64,000 nucleotides of DNA. It comes from Octopus vulgaris (taxonomy: Eukaryota). The stretch is from assembly GCA_951406725.2 (NCBI GenBank), contig OX597838.1, positions 31,434,001 to 31,498,000 of the forward strand, written 5' to 3'. Every line of letters begins with the position of its first letter. Position 1 is the stretch's first letter. The notes beneath the pieces are model-generated. The model ran no database searches and was not told where the DNA came from. It saw only the letters and a program-made list of their open reading frames with translations. The translations under genes and the position numbers were made by a program. Below, in pieces: positions 56,115 to 64,000 of this stretch.

Positions 56115-57513
56115 TAGGTTGACAATGGAAGGATGACCTCCCTTTGCAAATACCGTTAGGGCACAGAAAATGCGTCAATAGCCAGCTGGAGACGATGTTC
56201 TTCTGGGGCTACAAGCTACAGTAACACCCACCCTTAGTGGTTAGCCATATTGAGATGGCAAGTATACCTGACATTAGCGAGTTTGCCATATAACTTGCAA
56301 GACTGAGAAAAAAAACAGAAGAAAAGAAAGGGAAAAAAGATCTCACAACTAAGAGGAAGTATTAGGGAAGGGAAGGTGGAGGTGGGTGGCTTTATGCCGG
56401 GGGGGGGGGGCTAAAGTATGGTTTAGGGACAAACAAAGGTGCCTTGCTGTAGAGGAGATGCATGACTGAAGGGGATGAGTGGAAGGCAGTGATGGGGATG
56501 CTAGACCAAACTCTCAAGGAACAAGAAGGTGAGTATAAGAAAGGACATGGGGACTGTGGATCACAGGAGGGAATGAAAGAGAGTGGGGATGCTTTCATAG
56601 GAATGTGATAGGGGTGGAGCAAACAGGTGGAAGTAGGGGGTCAAAGATTAATGCAGAGAGTGATGAGCAAGGGTGGGGGTGCAGATGATGGGAAATACTA
56701 GTATGAAGAGGGGTAGGGTGGGAGACATAAGAGTGGCTCAAGAAGGAGAATAGAACAGGAGACATAGGGATACTTAAGGGGATAAAGTAGGTGTGTAGGT
56801 CTGTGATGGTAGATATGAGAAGGCATTGAGAATCTGTCCGGGGGGGGGGGGGGGGCAGATAAAAGAAGGGTTTAGAATGGAATATAGCAGAAGGGAGAGA
56901 GAGAAGTGGTTGAAGATACAGTAGGTGAGTGGGGTGAGGCTGGGGATGATTTGTTGAGCTAGTGTGGACAGACAGGGATGATAACGAATGTGGGAGATCA
57001 TTAGGGAGGGCAGGGGGTATAATATGTCCCAATTCCTGCTCTCAGGTAATTACAGCAGCTTAGTACCATAGATGGAGGAGGGATGAAAATGGCAGGGCTT
57101 CACATCTAGAACAAGCATAATCAAGTGGTTTTAGGATATCATGTTTGCTGTAATGGATGGGTCTTCTTGAGCACAGCAAAAATGCCAATCATCACAGCCT
57201 CTCTCACTCCCTCCTCTCTTCCCTCTCTCTCTCCCTCTCTCTCCCTTTCTCTCTCCCTCCTCTCTTCCCTCTCTCTCTCCCTCTCTCTCTCCCTCTCTCT
57301 CTCCCTCTCCATCTCTCTCTCTCTATCTCTCTCCCTCTCTCTCTCTCTTCTACATATAAATATATGTTTATTTATATGCATAGAGAATGATAGAGGACAA
57401 ACATAGGCACAAAGACATACACACATAAACAAATATATATATATGGGCTTCTTTCAGTTTCCATCAAACAAATCCACTCATAAGACTTTGGTCAGCCCAA
57501 GGTATTAGCAGAA

Positions 57514-57744
57514 GGCGGCGAGCTGGCAGAAACGTTAGCACGCCGGGTGAAATGCGTAGCCGTATTTCGTCTGCCGTTACGTTCTGAGTTCAAATTCCGC
57601 CGAGGTCAACTTTGCCTTTCATCCTTTCGGGGTCGATAGATTAAGTACCAGTTATGCACTGGAGTCGATGTAATCGACTTAATACCTATGTCTGTCCTTG
57701 TTTGTCCCCTCTGTGTTTAGCCCCTTGTGGGTAGTAAAGAAATA
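57514..57744 (+). mobile_element. tRNA-derived SINE (GGCGGCGAGCTGGCAGA head) nested inside another SINE
   Basis: Central GCCTTTCATCCTTTCGGGGTCGATA..AAGTACCAG domain; flanked by the TSD GGTATTAGCAGAA at 57501-57513 and 57745-57757. Confidence 0.85.
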
Positions 57745-58194
57745 GGTATTAGCAGAAGGTACTTGCTCAAGGTGCCATGTTGTGGGCCTGAACCCAGAAC
57801 CATGTAGTTGGGAAGCAAGCTTCTTACAACACTGCCACACCTGCACACCTGTGTGTATATTTAATTAGATACACTCAACATGAGTTTGATTATTAACTGT
57901 GTTATTAGAAAACAAAGATTTATATTAAACATGGATCTATGAGATTTGTATATTTTATAATGTAACACCTGGTTTAACAAAGCAATCGCTAACCTGATTC
58001 TCTCACATCTCTCTTTGTCTTTCTTTTCCATTTCTGTTCACTTCTGCTATTTTTTCATTTGCACATATCTATCTATCTGTTTGTCTGTCTGTCAATCTAT
58101 CTATCAATCTGTCTCTCTCTCTCTCTCTCAAGCTATCTATATGTCTATCTATCTGTATATCTATCCATCTATCAATCAATCAGTCAGTCAACCA

Positions 58195-58273
<79 letters not shown>

Positions 58274-58292
58274 CATCTATCTATCTATCTGT

Positions 58293-58709
58293 CTTATTTC
58301 TTTACTGCACACAAGGGGCTAAACATAGAGGGGACAAACAAGGACAGACATAGGTATTAAGTCGATTACATCGGCCCCAGTGTGTAACTGGTACTTAATT
58401 TATCGAACCCGAAAGGATGAAAGGCAAAGTCAACCTCGGCGGAATTTGAACTCACAACGTAACATCAGACAAAATACCTATTTCTTTATTACCCACAAGG
58501 GGCTAAACACAGAGGGGACAAACAAGGACAGACATAGGTATTAAGTCGATTACATCGACCCCAGTGCATAACTGGTACTTAATTTATCGACCCCGAAAGG
58601 ATGAAAGGTAAAGTCGACCTCGGTGGAATTTGAACTCAGAACGTAACTTCAGAGGAAATACTACGAAGCATTTCACCCAGCATGCTAACGTTTCTGCCAG
58701 CTCACCGCC

Positions 58710-58710
<1 letters not shown>
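58293..58710 (-). mobile_element. Tandem dimer of the GGCGGCGAGCTGGCAGA SINE family
   Basis: Two head-to-tail units joined at AAATACC/TATTTCTTTATT near 58478, embedded in (TCTA)n. Confidence 0.8.
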
Positions 58711-58752
<42 letters not shown>

Positions 58753-58761
58753 CCTACCTAC

Positions 58762-58831
<70 letters not shown>

Positions 58832-59131
58832 CAATCAATCAATCTCTCTCTCTCAATCACATTTTTGTTCCGTATTTTTCTCTTACACCAAACAACCAAA
58901 CTGAAGCAGCTGAACTCACGAAGCATCATTTATTAACCAGAATTCCAAATATTCTTACAAGAGACGCTTATCATCCAACTCAGCCAATTTGTCGAGTTAA
59001 AACACAAACTGATTCTCATGGGATTGAGTCAAACAAACAACCATTTAAAAACATATCAAACTTGTAAGCCTAAAATACTGAGATTAGAAATGCTTGTCTG
59101 TATGCATGCTCAACCAAGTGTGTACATGCAG

Positions 59132-59168
<37 letters not shown>

Positions 59169-59364
59169 TTCTCGTGAAAAAATATTTGGGAAAAGTTATA
59201 AATGACTGCTTTTTGAAGAAAATGTTGGGTTTTTTTGTCACAGCGAATGTTGAAATTTAATAACTGTTTATCAGATTCCAGTGATTACTGAATGATCTAA
59301 ATTATTTAATCTAACAAAAAAAAATACATAATTTAAATATTTATGCCTTCACTTTTCAGCAGGT

Positions 59365-59597
<233 letters not shown>

Positions 59598-60687
59598 TAA
59601 GGCAGCAAGCTGGCAGAATCCTCAGCAATGCGGGACAAAATTCTTAGCGGCATTTTGTTCCTCTTTATTTACTGAGTCCAAATTCCACTGAGGACGATTT
59701 GCCTTTCCATTCTTTCGGGGTCGATAAAATAGATGCTGCACTAAGCAACGCACCTCCACTATATAAGCATATGTATGGCTGTGTAGTTAAGAAGTTTGCT
59801 TCACAACCACATGGTTTCAGGTTCAATCTCACTTCAAAGCACCTTGGATAAGCCCAAGGCCAGTCCAATAATACTTTCTGAGTGAATTAGGTACATGGAA
59901 ATAGAAAGAAGCTCATCGTATATTCTTTTACTTATTTCAGTCATTTGGCTGCGGCCATGCTGGAGCACCACTTCTAATTGGAGAAATCGAACCCAGGACT
60001 TACTCTTTGTAAGCCTAGGACTTATTCTGACTCTTTTTGTCGAACCACTAAGTTACAAGGATGTAAACACACCAACGTCGGTTGTCAAGCGATGGTGGGG
60101 TGACAAACAAACACAGACATACAAACATGTACGTATATATACATATATACGACAGGCTTCTTTCAGTTTCTGTCAACCAAATCCACTCACAAGGCTTTGG
60201 TCAGTTTGAGGCTATAGTAGAAGACATTTATCCAAGGTGCCACGCAGTGGGACTGAACCTGGAACCATGTGGTTGGGAAGCAAGGGAAGCAAGCTTCTTA
60301 CCACACAGTCACACCTGCACCTCGTGCAAGTGGCTGAGCACTCCACAGACATGTGTAACCCTTAATGTAGTTCTCAGGGAGATTCAGTGTGACGCACACT
60401 GTGACAAGGCTGGCCCCCTTCGAATTACAGGTACTACTCATTTATGCAAGGTGAGTGGACAGGAGCAACGTGAAATAAAGTGTCTTGCTCAAGGACTCAG
60501 TGCATTGCTGGAATTCATCTCATGGCTTCCTGATTATGATCCAAATGCCCTAAGCCATGAGCCTTCACACACACACACAAACACACGAGTGTAATTAATA
60601 GATAATTAATGGCAGCAGAAGCAGTATTAATTCCAGAAATTAATATTTATCCCACTTAAAAGTGGATGTTGTGCTGGAACCCAGAAT

Positions 60688-61104
60688 ACTCTCTTTACTC
60701 TTTTACTTGTTTCAGTCATTTGATTGCAGCCATGCTGGAGCACCGCCTTTAACCGAGCAACTCGACCCTGGGACTTATTCTTTTGTAAGCCCAGTACTTA
60801 TTCTATCAGTCTCTTTTGCCGAACCGCTAAGTGACAGGGACATAAACACACCAGCATCGGTTGTCAAGCAATGCTAGGGGGACAAACACAGATACACAAA
60901 CACACACGTGCATATATATATATATATATATACATATATACGACGGGCTTCTTTCAGTTTCCGTCTACCAAATCCACTCACAAGTCTTTGGTCGACCCGA
61001 GGCTATAGTAGAAGACACTTGTCCAAGGTGCCACGCAGTGGGACTGAACCCGGGACCATGTGGTTGGTAAGGAAGCTACTTACCACACAGCCACTCCTGC
61101 GCCT
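60688..61104 (-). mobile_element. Long tRNA-headed SINE, same family
   Basis: Full-length reverse-complement copy. Confidence 0.85.
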
Positions 61105-61539
61105 AAGAAAAAAATCTGTAACTCTGCTCTTGATACCAGTGAACCCAGAATACTGTGACATTTAATATGAGAGAACCTCTCAGATGAGCTTGTGATGCAA
61201 TGATAGCACTTGTGGTTGTATTGCTGATGGGTGATAAGTATCTGCTGCAGCTACCAATGTTTAGGTGTATGTGTATGTGTGTGTCAGTGTGTGTGTCATT
61301 GTGTTTGTGTTTATCCCCATCACCACCTGACAACCAGCAATTGGTTTGTTTATCTCCCCATAACTTAGCTGTTCAGCAAAAAAGAATGTTAAAATAAGTA
61401 CCAGGTTTGAAAAATAGTACTGGTTCAATTTGTTACGTTAAATCATTCAAATGTTAGAGCATTGTTTGAAGAAGAATTGACTGTTATTTCTAGCAGGTTG
61501 AGCAACCACACAGAGGTTCTTCACTGGCAAATATATATA

Positions 61540-62003
61540 TTCTTTTCTACTCTAGGCACAAGGCCCCAAATTTTTTGGGGAGGGGGCCAGTTGATCAGAT
61601 CGAACCAGTATGCAACTGGTACTTAATTTATCGACCCCAAAAGGATGAACGGCAAAGTCGACCTCAGCAGAATTTGAACTCAGAACATAAAGACAGACGA
61701 AATACTTATTTCTTTATTACCCACAAGGGGCTAAACATAGAGGGGACAAACAAGGACAGACATAGGTATTAAGTCGATTACATCGACCCCAGTGCGTAAC
61801 TGGTACTTAATTTATCGACCCCGAAAGGATGAAAGGCAAAGCCGACCTCGGCGGAATTTGAACTCACAACGTAACGGCAGACGAAATACCGCTAAGCATT
61901 TCGCCCGGCGTGCTAATGTTTCTGCCAGCTCGCCGCCAGATCGGAGACGAAATACCACTGAGTATTTCACCCAGTGTGCTAACGTTTCTGCCAGCTCACC
62001 GCC
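61540..62003 (-). mobile_element. Tandem multimer of the same SINE family
   Basis: Junction at ~61706 is equivalent to the one at 58478; extra head duplication at 61945-62003. Confidence 0.8.
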
Positions 62004-62810
62004 TTGGCAGATATATATATTCCTGCGTTATGATATTGGGAACATGCTTCTTACATAACATTATGAGCAAGGTTTTTTAATTTAAATAGATACCACTTTA
62101 AAGCAAGCAGTTTTATATGGAAGAACGAGGAACTATCCCAAGTGAGTTGGTGTGAAAAGAATCAAGTGTTTTGCGGGAATCCGATAAACATTTTGGGATA
62201 GAAGTGAAGAAAAGAGACAGTTGGTGTCGGAAACAGAGGAAGATAGTAACAATGTTTGTCTTGTGCATTTTGTGTTAATTTGGTCATCTGTATGATCTAG
62301 ATTAGAGAAGTGCATTGCTCGGTAGTTTCTTAAAAGAAGACATCAGACACAGCTGCATCTAACACGTTCTATTTATGCTGGACAATGATTCGGAAATAGA
62401 AGATTGATGTAAATATGTTAAGGGTGTCACATGACCAGACATCTGTGAGATGGTGTTAAAATACTCAAGACCTCCTAATGTCTAACCTTGAATGTCTTGC
62501 CTTTTGAGTTTTATTTATTTGTTTTTCTTTGTTCTGAAACCAAAAATGTGATTTCTCTCCAAATAGTAAATAAGTTCTATTTTGGATCTAGGATATTGAT
62601 TTTATCCCACTAACCTAGCTCAGTGATGTTAGCTGAGTTTTTATTATGGATGGACAGAAGGATGCATAGAAGGGCTGACTCCTCCATTTTCAAATGTTAC
62701 AGGAAATTGTTTTCCCATATAACATATTCTGCATTTACTAATCTTAACTAGTCAAAGCTTCACTAAAATAATCACAGAAATATATATTATTTTTATTTCT
62801 TTCCATAGTG

Positions 62811-62982
62811 AGGCGTAGGAGTGGCTGTGTGGTAAGTAGCTTGCCTACCAACCACATGGTTCCGGGTTCAGTTCCACTGCGTGGCATCTTGGGCTAGTGT
62901 CTTCTGCTATAGCCTTGGGCCGACCAATGCCTTGTGAGTGGATTTGGTAGACAGAAACTGAAAGAAGCCTGTCGTATATATG

Positions 62983-63015
<33 letters not shown>

Positions 63016-63221
63016 ATGTGTTTGTGTGTCTGTGTTTGTCCCTCTAGCATTGCCTGACAACTGATGCTGGTGTGTTTACGTCCCCGTCTTAGCAGTTCAG
63101 CAAAAGAGACCGATAGAATAAGTACTGAGCTTACAAAGAATAAGTCCCAGGGTCGATTTGCTCGACTAAAGGCGGTGCTCCAGCATGACCACAGTCAAAT
63201 GACTGAAACAAGTAAAAGAGT
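62811..63221 (+). mobile_element. Long tRNA-headed SINE, same family
   Basis: Full-length copy; further partial copies near 9400-9690, 22680-22805, 57445-57845 and 59925-60320. Confidence 0.85.
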
Positions 63222-64000
63222 AGTGCATTTTATTTATTGCCTTCGTGTGTCACAGACATGGCTGTGTGGTTAAAGAGCTTTGCGTTACAACTAAATGGCT
63301 CTGGGTTTGATCCCACGAAAACAGTCGTTTGGGTGTTGACCAATGTCTTGCGAATGACATCTGGTAAATGATGATAATACATATGTATATATACATAGAT
63401 ACACATACATGCATGCATGTGTGTGTATGTATTCATGTATGTGTGTGCATGAGTGTACGTGTATGTGTGTGTGTCTCATGTATCCCAGATGCTGTTATAC
63501 ATTGCTGGTCACAATGCTCTTTGTATCATTTAACATTCATATGATGTCAACCCGCTGGTTAGGTGAGCTGGCCAACATTCCCCCTGATCTGAAGGCTAAT
63601 CCATCCCAGGGTCAAGCTGAAACTGTAATGATAATTGAAGTCTGTCTTTGTATTGTTTGTCTGTCCATATGTTTTTATTGTTGTCCATTATGTTCTTATT
63701 CCATATTTTGGATTTATATATGTATATATATATATATATCTAATGTAGGATAACATTTTTTCGAAAAAATTTTTATCAATGGCCAGCATATTAAAAAATA
63801 TCTTTAAAGGTTAAATTATAAACAACTTATAAATAAGGGCAAACGAAAAAATTTCTGATGCCAAATATGCCGAAAATTGGATATATTGTCCATTTACCAT
63901 ATAATTTTTTCCCCGGTTTGCCCTTATTTATAAGTTATATATATATATATACATATATAATATTTATATTTGTATGTATGCATGTATGTATGTATGTGTT

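Noticed and set aside
56340-57050. Purine-rich block and its Pro/Ser/Leu-rich minus-strand ORFs
   Set aside because: Compositional bias only; the faint EQELG..P similarity to a Penelope endonuclease tail is too weak to call.

Overview
AT-rich, microsatellite- and SINE-dense animal genomic DNA; the repeat families and (TA)n/(CA)n load suggest an octopus/coleoid cephalopod (inference). The only protein-coding gene I can support is the 5' end of Mediator subunit MED13 on the minus strand: coding exon 1 at 36075-36143, a 30.2-kb intron, and coding exon 2 at 5651-5900, with later exons apparently beyond the left edge. A roughly 10-kb, nearly transposon-free, CpG-retaining region (about 34100-44620) holds the probable MED13 leader/promoter and a probable divergent promoter. 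The rest is SINEs, LINE fragments (CR1-like, RTE-like, L1/Tx1-like ORF1), hAT and piggyBac MITEs, non-autonomous Helitrons, local duplications and a 2.75-kb (TA/TG)n tract. Most notable: two minimal type I hammerhead ribozyme folds (56054-56114 +, and 10643-10692 -, sense within MED13 intron 1); a composite in which two tail-to-tail Helitrons flank an inverted ~320-bp repeat carrying divergent tRNA-like Pol III cassettes; and an ATG-GAG-TGA micro-uORF 2 nt upstream of the MED13 start. Almost all ORFs in the supplied track are microsatellite or repeat artefacts.
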